From Vicugna vicugna (Eukaryota): 64,000 bases of DNA. Made by a program: the position numbers and the translations under genes. The stretch covers positions 247,622 to 311,621 of the forward strand of contig MU058384.1 of assembly GCA_013265495.1 (NCBI GenBank). The letters run 5' to 3'. Position 1 is the stretch's first letter. Each line of letters opens with the position of its first letter. This document shows positions 1-13,423 of the stretch, piece after piece. Under the pieces are notes generated by a model. The model was not told where the DNA came from and did not search any database. It saw nothing but the letters and a program-made list of their open reading frames with translations.

Positions 1-49
1 TTAGTTCTTAGTATCAGTGCAATTAGTAGTTACGAACTCTCTTTCATTT

Positions 50-118
50 ATTATATATGTAATTATATATATTATATACACACATATATCTATCTATATC
101 TGCCTATCTATCTATCTA
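50..118. repeat. (TA)n/(TATC)n compound microsatellite
   Basis: tatatatattatatacacacatatatctatctatatctgcctatctatctatct seen directly. Confidence 0.85.
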
Positions 119-136
119 AATTTGTGTCTTCCTTCT

Positions 137-528
137 TCTATTAGTCTATTCAAATTGCTATAATAAAATGCTATAGACGGGGTGGCTTAATCAACAGAAA
201 TTTATTTTCTAGCAGTCCTGGGTCTAGAATTCCAAGATCAGTGTTCCAGAAAGGTGGTTTTCTGTGAGATCTCTCTTCTTGGCTTGCGGATGGCTGCCTT
301 CTTGCTGTATCCTCATGCTGCTTTTCTTCTGTCTACATGCAGAGAGAGATCTCTGGTGTTTGTTCCTCCTGTAAGGATACAAGCTTCCACTCTTATGACC
401 TTATTTGACTTTCATCACCTTGCTAGTTGTAAGGATATAAAACACATAAGGCCCTGTCTGTAAAAATAGTCACGTTGGGGACTGTGGCATCCATGTATGA
501 ATTTGTGGGGGACAAAATTTGGTCCCCA
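137..528 (-). mobile_element. MaLR LTR (MLT1A/B-like), solo, inserted in an old L1
   Basis: Reverse-orientation MLT1 hallmarks: ttagtct..., ggtggcttaatcaacagaaatttattttct, tccaagatcagtg, tcttatgaccttatttgac, tatgaatttgtgggggacaaaatt. Confidence 0.85.
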
Positions 529-1492
529 TTTTTCCTGGTTAACCTGGCTAGAAATTTATTTATTTTATTAATCTTTCCAAAAAAACAACTTTTACTTCTG
601 TTGATTTTCTCCATTAATTTTTTATTTTCAATTTCATAGATTTATGTCCTAGTTTTTGTTTTCTTTTACTTGCTTTAAACTTAATTTGCTCTTCTTACTA
701 TATAGATTACTATTGGAGAAGATTAGATTATTGATTTTTAGATCTTCTTTTTTTAATATCTGCATTCAGTGCTGCAAATTTCTTTCTTAGCAGTGCCCTC
801 AGTGTATTCTATGTTGTTTTACAGGTTGTATTTTCATTTAATTCGAAATACTTTTAAATTTTCTTAAGACTTGTTTTTTCTGGCATATTTTTAGAAATGT
901 TTTGCTTTACTTCTAAATATGTCAGGATTTTCTAGCTATCTTTCTGTTATTGATTTCTAGGTTAATTCTGTTGTGACCTGATAATACATTTTGTAATTCT
1001 GTTGTGACCTGATAATACATTTTGTATGACTTCTCTTCTTTTATATTAGTTGGTTTTATGACCCAGAATGCGATATATCTTGGTGAGTTCTCCAAGTGAT
1101 CTTGAACATAATACATATTCTGCTGCTGTTGGATGAATTATTCTATAAGTGCCAATTAGATCACATTGATTGATGGTTCTGTCCAGGTCAACTATATTCT
1201 TACTTATTTTTCGTCTGCTTGAACTATCAATAACTGAAATAAAGAGATATTGAAGTATGAACTATAATAACGGATTTGCCCACTTTTCTTGCAGTTCTGT
1301 TGTTTTTCTCATGTATTTTGATGCTCTCTTGTTTTGGTGCATACACGATTACTGTCATGTACCATTTTGGAGAATTGATTCTTTTTCCATTATGTAATGA
1401 TACTTTTTATCTCCCCAAATCGTCCTTGTCTGAAATTAATAGACTTATTCCTGGTGTCTTCTGATTAATGTTAGCATGTTTAACTTTTCCAT
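529..1492 (-). mobile_element. L1 (L1M) fragment, ORF2 endonuclease/Z region, decayed
   Basis: Minus-strand translations EKINRSKSCFFGKINKINKFLARL (L1 ORF2 [24 protein letters not shown]-like) and LSGHNRINLEINNRK (FSDHNGIKLEINN-like). Confidence 0.9.
963..1026. repeat. Perfect 31-bp tandem duplication
   Basis: taattctgttgtgacctgataatacattttg at 963-993 and again at 994-1024, plus 2 bp. Confidence 0.95.
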
Positions 1493-1496
1493 CTCC

Positions 1497-1686
1497 CAGA
1501 GAGAGAGCATGTGAAGACATAGCAAGAAGGTGCCCACCTACAAGCTAGAGAGAGAGACCTCAGAAGAATCCAACTCTGTGGACACCTTGATCTTGGACTT
1601 TTAGTCTCCAGAACTATGGGAAAATAAACTTCTGTTGTTTAAGCCATCCAGTCTGTGGTTGTCAGACCTGGCAAACTAATTATACA
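1497..1686 (+). mobile_element. MaLR LTR (MLT1A/B-like), 3' half
   Basis: catgtgaagacatagcaagaagg, accttgatcttggacttttagtctccagaact, aataaacttctgttgtttaagcca, aaactaattataca. Confidence 0.85.
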
Positions 1687-2779
1687 TGATATTATCACTT
1701 CAAATATTATAGATCTCCAATGGATGTAAATTCAAATTAATAATAACATTTAATATTATGAGTAATATTTACCTCCATTTTAATGTCTTGCTTGCAACCT
1801 GTTATAACATTATTTTGTCCAACTGTAGAAGTTTTACATACTTTTATTTTTAATATATCACAGCATGAGTCATTTATCAAAGCCCAAGTAATTTTTTTAA
1901 GTAAGATATGGAATGTGTAATTTTTCCATATTGTTTTTCTAAATAGATCTTTCTGTTGACTTCTTAAACAAATTATGTCTTGTGTCTGAAAGCATTTGGA
2001 AGTTATGCTGAAGCTACCCTGGTTTTACAGTTAGTTTGTTGTTTGCTCGGTTTTTGCTGTAAGAGTAATTATGTTTTTCTTCTGTCTTATGATTTCAAGA
2101 CTGTGTTATAATTTATTCACAAGTGGGAATTTTTTTCTTATCAATCTGCATATTATGGACTCTCTTCACTGCAGAAAAAAATGTTGTATCACATGCTTGA
2201 TCATAGACCACAGGATCTGTTCCACATGCAATGGTCTCTTTCCAAGAACAGGAATTGTTTCTGTATTTATATATTGTGTCTCTACCTGTGTCTTCTCTGT
2301 ACTTCAGTTTCTCTCACATTGTCTTCTTTCCTTTATCCTTGTGATAATCCATGTGAGATTTTATCAAATTGGTTTACATGACTAATTTAGGCCCCTAGTG
2401 CCCTTTGTGAATCTAGTATTTGCTTAATCCTGTTTTTTGTGATTAATTTAAAAAATTTTACTCATCTTCTTTTAATAACTTCTTGTTGCCTTCTTTATCC
2501 CCTTTTGTTTAAAAACAATCTGAATGCTACATCTTACTAGTTTTTAATATTTATCATTAGATTTTTCTCGAAATTATGGCATTTATTTTGATCCTCTAAC
2601 CCCTATTCTCATTTTTGTTGTTATATTTTAGAAAGGTCCCTATGAATATTCTTTGTTTTTATAGATATTTGATTAAATGTAGTAAGATTCTATTTTGGGT
2701 CTGCTTAGACAGGCAATATTTTGAATTAGAAGACTCCTTAAAAAATGGGGAAGGAGGATTGACAAACCAGAATCTCTAA

Positions 2780-3150
2780 AACAAGGTCATTACATTCTGA
2801 AATAACTATTATTTATATCAAATGAGGAGGTATTCTAAGTATGACAGTTCTTTAGGTGGGAGAAGAAAGGAGATGTTGAAAGATGTAGCTGTCTAAATAT
2901 TGGCAGGGCCATGGTTAGGAAGATGAAGTTATTTTTCTGTATGCAGTAAAGTGCAGATTTCATCTCAAAGTGCAAGAAACCTGTGTTGCAAAAAGATCTA
3001 ATGCACACTGATTTAAATGGCTGAGGGAGTTAGTTCCCTACCAGAGGTGTTCAGACATAGCCAAAATGACCTATTGCCAAAGGGCTTATTGAAACAGATT
3101 CCTTAGTTTTGTGAATATTTGACTGGATGGTTTTCCCTACTAGGGCATTG
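2780..3150 (+). mobile_element. L3/CR1 3' remnant
   Basis: gcagattttcatctcaaagtgcaagaaac, gttagttccctaccagaggtgttcagac and ttgactggatgg resemble a degenerate CR1/L3 3' end. Confidence 0.5.
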
Positions 3151-5489
3151 TATGTGAAAGGCACAAAGAAACATTAAGCAAAAGTTGATTTTATAATTTA
3201 TATGGGCTTACAGTTTGAAAAGAAGCATTTAAAATTTTATTTTTTTTTGAAAACCCACACTTCCAAAATACTAGGATGTGATCCTTATGATACCGTTGAT
3301 GAATGCAAATTGGATTCTAAAGTAATTATGCTTTCCAGTCCAGTAATCATAAACAGCTTTAACAACTTTCCTTTTGCTCTAGATCAAAGTAAACTATATT
3401 TAAGTCAGTTATTTAAAAGTAAAAAGCATGCATAAGGAATATATGTAAAGGAAAATAATGTCTTAATATTGAAATTTTATTTATTAGAAGATATGCAGAG
3501 GCATATCATTTCACATGAGCAAAATGCGTAGTTATTAGAATATTTATGAAAGTATTAACTACTTTTCCTTGTTTTTCAGTCATCACTTTCTGGTATGCGA
3601 TTTTTAAATAGCAACCTAAATTTCTGTTTACCTGGTATGTTATCCCTCCTCTCTTTAAATTGTAATATTGCCATCAGTTTTCCAGGGTAAGAAGTCTAAT
3701 GCTCATTTTATAATGACTGACTTAAAGTAAATCAAAATTATACTTGTCAATGAGCTGATTGTTAGCAAAGTAAACTTAAATTCTCTGTACTGTACTTTCT
3801 CCCAATTTAAAAAGCATTCACATAAGATATCTCATTTGAGATCATCCTGTGAGGTATTACTTCTTGATCCCTCAGAATATTTTTCCTTTCAAGTCAGTAC
3901 CACAAGTGGCTTCTTTAGCTATTTTAATGAATGAAAAGAAGCTTCCCTCCTGCTCTAATTTCTACCTGTGTGTGATTTTTAAAATGATTTAGATGCTTTA
4001 CTCACTCTAGCTGTGCCTGCTTGCAAAGCAAACTACACACACAGTTTTCCACTGAAAACTACAAAACTTTGATTAAAATGAAGCTGGATCAACATTATAC
4101 ACTTTTGTGGATAATTAAGGCTACATTTGAACATATGTGTGGTGTTTTCACTTAGCTTTAAACATATGTATATTTGTGTCGATTTTAATTTCCTTTTATT
4201 TCTTAAATAGTGAGTTAAGTTTACAATGCTCTTCCATATAAATGCAAACACAAAATGTAGTTCCATTTGATTTGATAGTTTTATATGTTTTCAAGGAAAA
4301 CTATTAAAAGTATTTTGTTATTTATTAAAGGTATTTGGACACAAAGCCTTCAGATGGAGAAGATTGCAGATTTGATTATGCATTTATCCCATGGCCATAT
4401 AGCCATGAGTCTCAGCGCTGCACCAGAGAAAATGCCAGCATCTGGAGCATAGTAGACACTTAATATATATTTCTTTACGAATAAACCAAAATGAAGAAAA
4501 TAACCCCCTGATCAACAAATTGAATGTCATAAATTCCATATACTAATATTCTGCACTTTTTTCTGTAGGAAAGTCCCTCCAGTCCTCAATTACAGCTTAT
4601 ATACTATTAATGGAAAATTACCAAATTTAAATGATGTGTTAAGGTCCTCAGGAGTTTAGGAGGAGCACAAATTTTCAAGGGGCTATGTGGTGAAGTTTTC
4701 AAAAGGGAAGATGGTAGACACACAGCAACCCTGTGAAATAGAAGCTGATATGGTTGAAAGACATAGAAAGCCTCCAAACTATAGTGTCTGATAATCATTA
4801 AAAACTTGGCATCATTGGAAGGGGTGAAGGGGTGGGGGGTTATTGTAGAGTTCTGTATATCTCTAGAACTCCAAATTAGTTCACTAGATAAAGGCTTGAA
4901 TTTAACAAATAATGTTTATAAAGCTATATTAAAGTTCAATATACTATATTTCTGAATGTAGCAACATGACTAGCAAGGTGAAATATATCCTTAAAAACAC
5001 TTTAAAATATTTGTGAATGATAGATACACTTCCCTTGCCTTTGTAATTTTCATGTGACAGATACCTCATTTTTCAACAATGCTGAGCATGGCAGGTATAT
5101 ATATTTTATCACCTGTAAAGTATGCTTTATCCTTTCTTTTTTCCCAGGGTTCAAGAGAAGCAGTATCTCTCATAAATATATATTAGTAATGCACGTATTT
5201 AAAGACAAATTAGATGATTTGCATTCATTATTCGCATTTAGTTCTTAGGATACAAACTTATTTTGACTTTGGGGAGTTCCACCAATGTTCATGATTTCCT
5301 ACTCATTAAATAAGCTGGAAGATATCATTTTTAAAAATATTCCTTTTTGAAGTCTGAGCACTTGAGATATTTGTCTCCTAAACAAATTTAGTTTTTGCTT
5401 CTATGCCACTGCGCTTAATATCTTTGTACACAGACTTCAAATGAATATTAATTTTCACATTATTTTATATTAGCACTTTGATAAATGCT

Positions 5490-7462
5490 TCTTTCTTTTT
5501 GGACACCTTTATTGAGTATAATTTACATATCATAAAATTCACCCATGTTAATCGTAAAAGTCAGTGATTTTAATAAATGTGTAGAGTTATGCACTCTTCA
5601 CCCCAAACCAGCTGTAGGACATACCCACCACCCTCAACTTCCTCCACGCAGTTGGAGTCAATCACTGCTTCTATACCTGTCTCCAAGCAGTTCTAATCCT
5701 GGTGTGTGTGTGTGTGTGTGTGTGCACGCCACACTTTTTCTTTTTTAGAAATTCTACATACATGAAATTATGTAGCATACAGTCTTCTGTGTCTGGCTTC
5801 TTTTTCTGACCATTCTGTTTTGTGAGATTCATTCATTTATTTGTGTGTATTGGTACCTAGTTCAAATTTACTTGTAGGTACATATATACAGTCTATTCTG
5901 CTGATGTACCAGTTGAAACATATTTTGTTTGTTACAATTTTGAATTTATTACAAATTTGAATATGTTGCTCTGAGCACTCATGTACAAGTCTCTCTGTGT
6001 GAGAAATGTTTTCATTTCTCTTGGATATGTTCCTGGGAGGAATTGCTAGGTCCTTTGGTAAGTGTATGTTTTTCTTTAAACACATGCACGTGCACACACA
6101 CACACACACACACAATTTTCTAAAGTTTCTGGACCATTTACATCCCCAGTAAAGCAATGCTTGAGAGGCCCTATTTTTCTGTATTCTCTCTGATGCAGGG
6201 CAAAATCAGTTCTCTTTAATTTTAGCCATTTCAGTGGGCATGCAGTGGTATCACATTGTGGTTTTAATTTCCATTTCCCCAGTAACTAGTGCTGTTTAGC
6301 ACCTTTTTATGTGCTTATGCATCTCCTTTGGTTATGTGTCTAAATTGTTTGCATATTTATTTATTGGGTTGTTTATCTTATTGTTGAGTCGTAAGAATTC
6401 TTTATGTATTTTTGATACAAGTACTTTATGAGATTTATATTTTGAAAACATTGTCTCCCATCTGTGCATTGCATTTTAATTTTTTAGCATTGTCTTTTTA
6501 AGGTCAAACAGTGTTAATTTGGACAAAGTGCAATTTATCAGGATTTCCCTTTTATGGTTCCAACTTTTGTTTCTATCTAAGAAAGTTCACCTAACCCCAA
6601 AACACACACACACAAATTCTCCTATGTTTTGTTCCAGATATTTTATGATTTTAGTAATTACATTTATGGCTGTGATCTCTGATGAGGTAATTATTGTGAA
6701 TATAGTGTGGTGAGAGTTAAGTATTTTTTTGTCGTTTGTGTAACCAGTTGTTCTGTCACTACTTATTGAAAATGTTATACTTTCCGTATTGAATTTCCTT
6801 GACACCTCTGTGGAAAAATCAATTGACCATATGTCTTGGGTCAATATCTGACTCTGTACTATGTTCCATTTGTCTATATACCTAGACTTACACTAATACC
6901 ACACTGTCTTGATTACTCAGAGCCCCAAAGCTTTATAGTTAATTTTGAAATCATGTAATATAAGGTACTCAACTTTGTACTACTTTTTCAAAATTGTTTC
7001 TGTGACTGTGGATAAGATTTCCATATAAATAACAAAATCAGCTTGTCACTTTGTGAATAAAATCCAGCATTTTCACAGAGAATATTTTTAATTAACATAT
7101 CAATTTAGAGAAAATCACCGTCTTAATAAGACTGAGTATTCCAAATCATGAAAAGGGTATAATTGACCCCTTATTTAGATCTTTTTTACTTTTTCCTATC
7201 AATGTTTTACAATTTTTAGTATACATGCATTGCACATTTCCATTTTTGTAATTCATTTTTTTCTGTGACTTTTCTAAATTCACTTATTAATTCACTAGTT
7301 CTTTTGTAGAAATGTTACACCTGTGAGTAGACAGCTTTGCTTGCTCTTTTCCAACTGCGTGACTTTATTTTTTTCTTTGCTTATTTTATTGACTAGAACA
7401 TCCTCTCCAATGTTGCAGAGCAGTGTGACTGAATTTCCTTGCCTTGTTCCTGCTCTTAGCTT
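5490..7462 (-). mobile_element. L1 (L1MB-like) 3' UTR and ORF2 C-terminal part
   Basis: Starts tttattgagtataatttacatatcataaaattcaccc (antisense L1MB 3' end). Minus translations HLPKDLAIP..ISKRNEN and RAGTRQG are L1 ORF2-like. Embedded (GT)n at 5702-5724 and (CA)n at 6093-6113. Confidence 0.9.
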
Positions 7463-7464
7463 TC

Positions 7465-9200
7465 TAATGGTTGCCATAAAGTTTACACCATATATTTTTA
7501 ACTTACCATAACTGATTTCGTGTTATGATTCACCTACATTGGTTAAAAATCAACTTTTCCCTATAATAGCTTCCTTTCCTTATCCTCTCCTTTCTGCTGA
7601 CATGTGTGTGTACATTTTTGCCTTAAACAGTCATACAGACTTTAAGAAATCAAGAGAAACATAAAATAACATATATCAACATTTTATAATTGCCTTTATA
7701 GGTACCATTTCTAGTTCTATTCCTTTCTTTTTGTTCAGCTGAGTTACAAATCTAGCCTCACTTTCTCTCAGTCTGAAGGCCTTTATTTACTATTTCTTAC
7801 AGAGCAGGTCTTCTAAATGTAAGTTCTCTGTTTATTATGCTCTCAAGTCAAGAACTGTTTTTATTTTGCAGTCACTTTTGGAAGATAATTTTGCTGAATG
7901 TAGAATTCTTGGTTGGCAATTGTGCGTGTGTGTGTGTGAGTGTGTGTCACTTTCAACTTGTCATTCCACTACCTTCCGTTCTCTGTATTTTCTGATGAGA
8001 AATTGGCCATTAACAAATTGTTGTTTCCTGTCTGTGGGGTGTAATTTTTCTCTTGCTGCTTGGAAGATTTTCAGTTTAATCTTGCCTCTCAGCAGTTTGA
8101 TTAAGGTTTGTCTGCACCTGATTCTCCTTGCTTTGATCCTTCATGGATCTTACTGAACTTATTAGATTTGTGAATTATAAGTTTTTATACAAATTTTGGA
8201 AGCTTTTAGCTATTATTGTTTTCCACAATATATTTTGGCTTTTCTTTCTCTTTTCTGAGGGAGTTACTCAAACGTTGGATTGCTCAATATTGTTCCACAC
8301 TTCTCCATGTCTCCATGCATTTTTCTTTCAACTTTTGACTCTCTCTGATTTCGTATTAACTAATTACTACTAATACATCTTCCAATTCAATGACTCTTTC
8401 TTCTGCCACCTCAAAAATGCCGCTTAATGCATGTGGTGAAGTTTTTGTTTTAATGCCTATGAACTATTGTTGTATCATTCTTAGTATATTTCCATGAGTG
8501 TTAAAAACATTTTTCCTTCCATTATTTAAAAATATGTAAAAAGGTTGGTATAAAGTATCTGTGTGCTCAATTCAACAGGTGCCGACACTGAGTCAGTTTC
8601 TACTGAATTTTTTTTTCTTCCTATTAGTGATGCTTTAATAATTTTTTTTTTTACTTTTTTAGTCATTTTTGGTTGAAAGCTATCTCTTGTAGATTATACT
8701 TTGTAGAGACTCTGCCTTCTGTTTTATTTTTAATGATGATTGGTTTTTCGTTTGTCTGGATTCAAATAGCAGAATGTCTCCCTTACCCTGTGTAAGTCAC
8801 TAATGTCGCCATACTTTATTTTTTAAGCCTGGCTCCCTAAAGGTCTTCCCTTCCTTTTTTCTTTGCAAAGCCATCAGCTACCTTGAGTCCATCAAGCTCT
8901 GCTGATGGAGCTGTATTTTGGTTGAGAAACATATTCCATGTTGGGCAAGCTCCATAGTTTCTCTTAAATTTTCCTTCATGGAACTGTCTCAGGCCCTGTC
9001 ATGTGGCAAGAAGACTTCAGTTCTTACCAATGAAGTAACAGCTCTTCCAGAGTAAACACTTCTAAGTTTATGATTAATTTTTTTAACAGTGTCTTGAAAA
9101 GTCTCTTTTGGACAATTAAATCCAGTTTTATATTTGTTTTTTTTCAGAGGAGAACTGTCCAACTATCTTTATGCTACACTTATAAGAAGTAGCTCTCCAA
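7465..9200 (-). mobile_element. L1 ORF1/5' UTR region, decayed
   Basis: Antisense ORF1 signatures gataattttgctgaatgtagaattcttggttggc, tttctgatgagaaattggc and ttttctcttgctgcttggaagattttc. The 3' boundary is uncertain. Confidence 0.75.
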
Positions 9201-10959
9201 ATAAAGTTTTTAATCAATATACTAAAGATATTTTGAAGAGAGTGGAAACATATTTTCATTTATAGATCTTGTGGGCGAAAGAAGGTACGCTGCTCACAGA
9301 TGCGAAATAGTTTTGAATTAATACATTGCTGTGATTTCCGTGCCTGAGTCTTTTTTTATGCACACTTTCATACCAAAAAGAACCTCTGTGATACTAATAA
9401 TAGTATTTCAATTTGTCCTCTAAAGAGAATTTCAAAATCACTTCATTCACACTGTGAAATCTTTGCTTCAGTAGTGCTCTCCTCAAATTATCTAAATATT
9501 TACTTTTTCTTTGAACTTGTGTTTGTGTTATTGTGGTATGATGTGATATCTCTACTTTTTCATAGTACTGTACCAAAAAATTCAAGAGATTCTTTCATTG
9601 TTTTGATATAAGAAAGTGTCTTTTAACCTGCAGTTTATCTAGAGAGATTCTTTGATTTGTTGGTCCCATGGTGCATGGTATATAAAAATTTTTCCTACTC
9701 TGTGTGTACCTCCGGAACATAAAAGTGACATGTAGATTAATTATTTCTTAAGTATTCTGAAGAAGTTTTCACAATTAATCACAGTATTTCACTGTTTGGC
9801 AACTTGAAAGTGTCAGGAAAATTTCCCTTACCTCTTCAATAAATCTCTTAGCTATCAGGTTTACTTACTTTTGTCATAATATCAGTACATATGTTTAGTT
9901 GGTTTCCATCTTTGAATTAAATTTAATATGTTGCAAATTAATTTTGCCTTACTCTGATAAGGAGTTATTTCCCTAAAATATTTTTTTGGAAACAATTATT
10001 AAAACCTTAAATTAAATACCTTTCTATCAGTGCTTTTTAAAAAAAAGTTATAAATTTCCAAGCATTTTTGAAAGTATGCTTCAAGAAAGAAGACACAGTT
10101 CTAGTATTAAAATTAAAACTAACCGTGGTTCTCCCGTCAAGGGACCTTTCCAGTGAAATAATAACTTGTGTGGGTTGAGCCAGTGTTAGTCCATGAGAAA
10201 TGGCTTCTCAGACGCCATGTTTCAGCTGTGATTAGATCACATCCCCAAGGAATTTGACTTTATTTTTCTTTTACCAGTGTGAAGAGTAGAATAGTTCTAA
10301 TCTCAGTAGAAATCTGTGAGACATTAAATATTAATCTTAGAGAACTAAAAGCAATCTGAGACCTCAGGGTTATCCAAAGATACAATCTCAGGGAAAATAT
10401 TATGCTTTTGCTATTAAAAGATTTAGTTATTCAGATAACTTTGTATTTTAGTGTATTAGCCTTATTTGGAGATGTAAACAATTTATAATTCAATTCAAGC
10501 TTAGAAATTCATTGAAAATAAGCTCTCTCCACCAAATCCATTTAAACAAGCAATCCAAATTTCCTATTTGGTTGATTCAGATCAGCCAGAAGGCTAGTGG
10601 TTGATCAGTTTTGAACAATGATGCCCACCTCTCAACTGATCCTCAGACCTAGATGTAAATCAGCTTTCTAGAGATCTTTGTCTCCCTATCGAAGGAATCT
10701 CAAACTCATGGTATGAAATGCCTGCTTCCTGAACTATTGATGCCTAAGCTGGCAAACCAATGACCCATTCTCCAATTCCCACATACAATTTATTTTCCTC
10801 ATTGACTTCAGAATTATCTAACACACAAAGCTGAATTGTAACATCAGGCTGATCACAATTTTTGCACATTGGGTGCTCTTTTGTGTCCCCCTTCTTTGAT
10901 ATTATTACTTTTATCTCTACATCCTGCCTTTGTCCTTTGGATACCAGAAAACATCTGTT

Positions 10960-11170
10960 ATTCAAGACCCAGTTCAGATGTTACCTCATCTGAGATACTT
11001 ATTATTCATGCTCTTTAAGTTTTCAAGGAAGAGACATTCTCATGTTACTATCAACATTGTTACTTTATGGTAAGCTTACATGGAGGGTTCGGGGACATTC
11101 TTTGTTTATCTGTACAGTCACCCTAAATCTTGCTGCTTCCACATAGAAGTATATGGTTAATGAATGGAAT
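10960..11170 (+). mobile_element. L2 3' remnant
   Basis: ttcaagacccagttcagatgttacctc ... cacatagaagtatatggttaatgaatggaat, an L2-type tail. Confidence 0.55.
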
Positions 11171-11522
11171 TATTAGCTTTTTTTATAATCATAAAACATT
11201 TTAGTATGTGTTTTTATGTATCTATTTCTGTAATTCCTACTCTAGATAAACCCAGGGTAGTTTATATGACCAAACAAAATTAGTATAGTACTTAATTTCT
11301 TAAGTAACATATATATACTTGAGGGATGGGATGTTCATATTTCATTAATTCTCCAACACATATATGTCCTTATCAAGTAACTCTTTAACTTCTGCTTAAA
11401 GTTGGAGAAAGAGGGAGGGAAATATTGAAAATGTTATGTACAAAGACTATCAAAACACAGTAACTGGGCCCTGAACTTATGTAGAATAAGGGTCCTAAAC
11501 CTGATTTAACTGACTTGACTAA

Positions 11523-12050
11523 TGTATTAGTTAGGGTTTGACCAGGGAGGTATATACCAGGATGAATAATATGAAATATACGGTTTAGTATAGGGCTGGA
11601 GTTACATAATTGTAGAAGCTGTTGAAGAATTCTAAGGAGACTTATACCGCTGTCTGCTGGTGAGCCTAAAATTGCTTTAGGTCAAAACAGCTGACAGGCG
11701 GGATAAAACTTGCCCTGAAGGAGAAGGAAAGCAAAAGCAAATTGGAACCCAAAGGGACAAACTGAAGCAGGTTTATGTCTTTAACTACCTTCAATCTCCA
11801 AAATGCTACTTTCTTCCAGAATTTACTGGCATCAGTCACAATTTAGCTGCACGTGTGCCAAGACCTGCAGCAAATGAAGTAGGAGGGTTGATGGGAGCTG
11901 GGGTAGCAGCCTACCCAGCAGGGGGAGTCAATATATTGGCCACTTGTGTAAGCTCAAGTGAAGCTCAGAGCACCAAAAGGACCTTTCCGAGGTGCTCCAT
12001 GCTTCTTTTGCATCATCAAATTTGCAAAACTTTCTGTTGTGCCCTACCTC
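11523..12050 (-). mobile_element. ERVL-class LTR (MLT2-like)
   Basis: Begins tgtattagttagggtttgaccag, then ggtttagtatagggctggagttacataattgtagaagctg, like the MLT2 reverse start. The end is uncertain. Confidence 0.55.
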
Positions 12051-12223
12051 TGGTAGTTTGGGCACAGTTAAATTGTCAGAGTAAAACCTCCTCAACTGGG
12101 TTCCTTTCCCTAGAACTTAGTTAAGACATAATCAGTTTATTGTATGTGGCATTTCTTATGGTTTCTTTTGTTTTAATTGTTTAACAAATATTTTGAAACA
12201 AATAGGGCTTTGCAGAACTGGGG

Positions 12224-12312
12224 TTTTTAGTGAAGTGTAGTCAGTTTACAATGTTGTGTCAGTTTCTGGTGTACAGCATAATAATTCAGTCATACATATA
12301 CATGCATATATT
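12224..12312 (-). mobile_element. Very short 5'-truncated L1 3' end (Cetartiodactyla-type)
   Basis: gaagtgtagtcagtttacaatgttgtgtcagtttctggtgtacagc...ttcagtcatacatata. Flanks tgcagaactggggttttta / tggagaactaatgttttta look like a diverged TSD. Confidence 0.8.
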
Positions 12313-13149
12313 GGAGAACTAATGTTTTTAAAAACAGATATTTAATTTGTCTTTGCATTTGTTGTAAGACCTCTGTTAATCAGCTTATATCAGTAAGCTA
12401 GAAATAAAAGAGGATTCCAGTGTTTTCCTTATATATCAATTCTTGGGAGTCTTATAAGATCTATATTTATTGAGAAGTTTAACTCTATAAAAATAAGTAC
12501 CTGATCAAAATTACATATACATCTGGATAAATTACAGTATATCCAGAGTGTAATCAGTGTTTAGTGCCACTTTATTGTGGCATAAAGTCCATACTTATGT
12601 TTCCTAATGTCAAACAAAATAAAAACACTGTTGATAGTTACGTGGCCAAATAAAGAGAATTACAGTTGTTTCTAATAAACATGCTTTATTATTTAAGAAT
12701 AGGACAAACTGAGTATAATCTGATAATGACTTCTAAAATTGCTAATATAAAATGTAATTTTGTGTGAAAAAAATACCCAGCTGTGCTGTCTTTTGTTCCC
12801 ATTCTGGGAATCCTTTATTTTGTTATTATTTTAAGTGAATTACTGAGCTTTAACTGTTTAAGATTGACTTTGTTTTAAAATCATTATGAAATGAAATTAA
12901 ATATCTCTCAATATTATACATTTTATTACAGCTTTTTGTAATCAGAGAGATCAGTTAATTGGCATATTTATTTCTGCTTTGCTATAATAATTAAGGTAAT
13001 TTTCATTTATTGAAACAGGACATTTTGTGGGAGTGTGTAATGTACTGATTATCCCACAAACTAAAATCAAAACTTTAATTCCTTCTGTAGCCTAGAGAAA
13101 CAACAACAACAAACCTACATGTCTGTGTGCTGAAAAATACATCTTTCCT

Positions 13150-13423
13150 TAAGTTTGTTTGGTACAGTAAACTCATCCTGGACACAAAGCAAAGACACTC
13201 AGACTTCCTTGGAGGATTCCAGTCCGTACCCTCAAACCTCTGGACACAAAAACAAAAGGCTGTCCTGCCCCTGGGGTCCCTAGATTAGACATTAGGAGAT
13301 TTTTTTTACTCCCTGATAGGCAGGGTCAATGCCCCTGCTCAGCCTGGAAGTAGTTTCAGAAGACAGACCATTGGCCATCTGAAATCGCATAATATTATGG
13401 GAATAAAACCTCTGAGCGGAGAA
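13150..13423 (+). mobile_element. ERV1 internal 3' end (env tail to polypurine tract)
   Basis: gcccctgctcagcctggaagtagtttcagaag...ggcc resembles the ERV1 post-env motif. Purine tract gagcggagaaa lies just before the LTR. The 5' boundary is uncertain. Confidence 0.6.

Noticed and set aside
9826..9975. Minus-strand exon suggested by donor-like cttacct and acttact
   Set aside because: The candidate exon from the nearest acceptor has stops in all three frames, and the polypyrimidine tract is poor.
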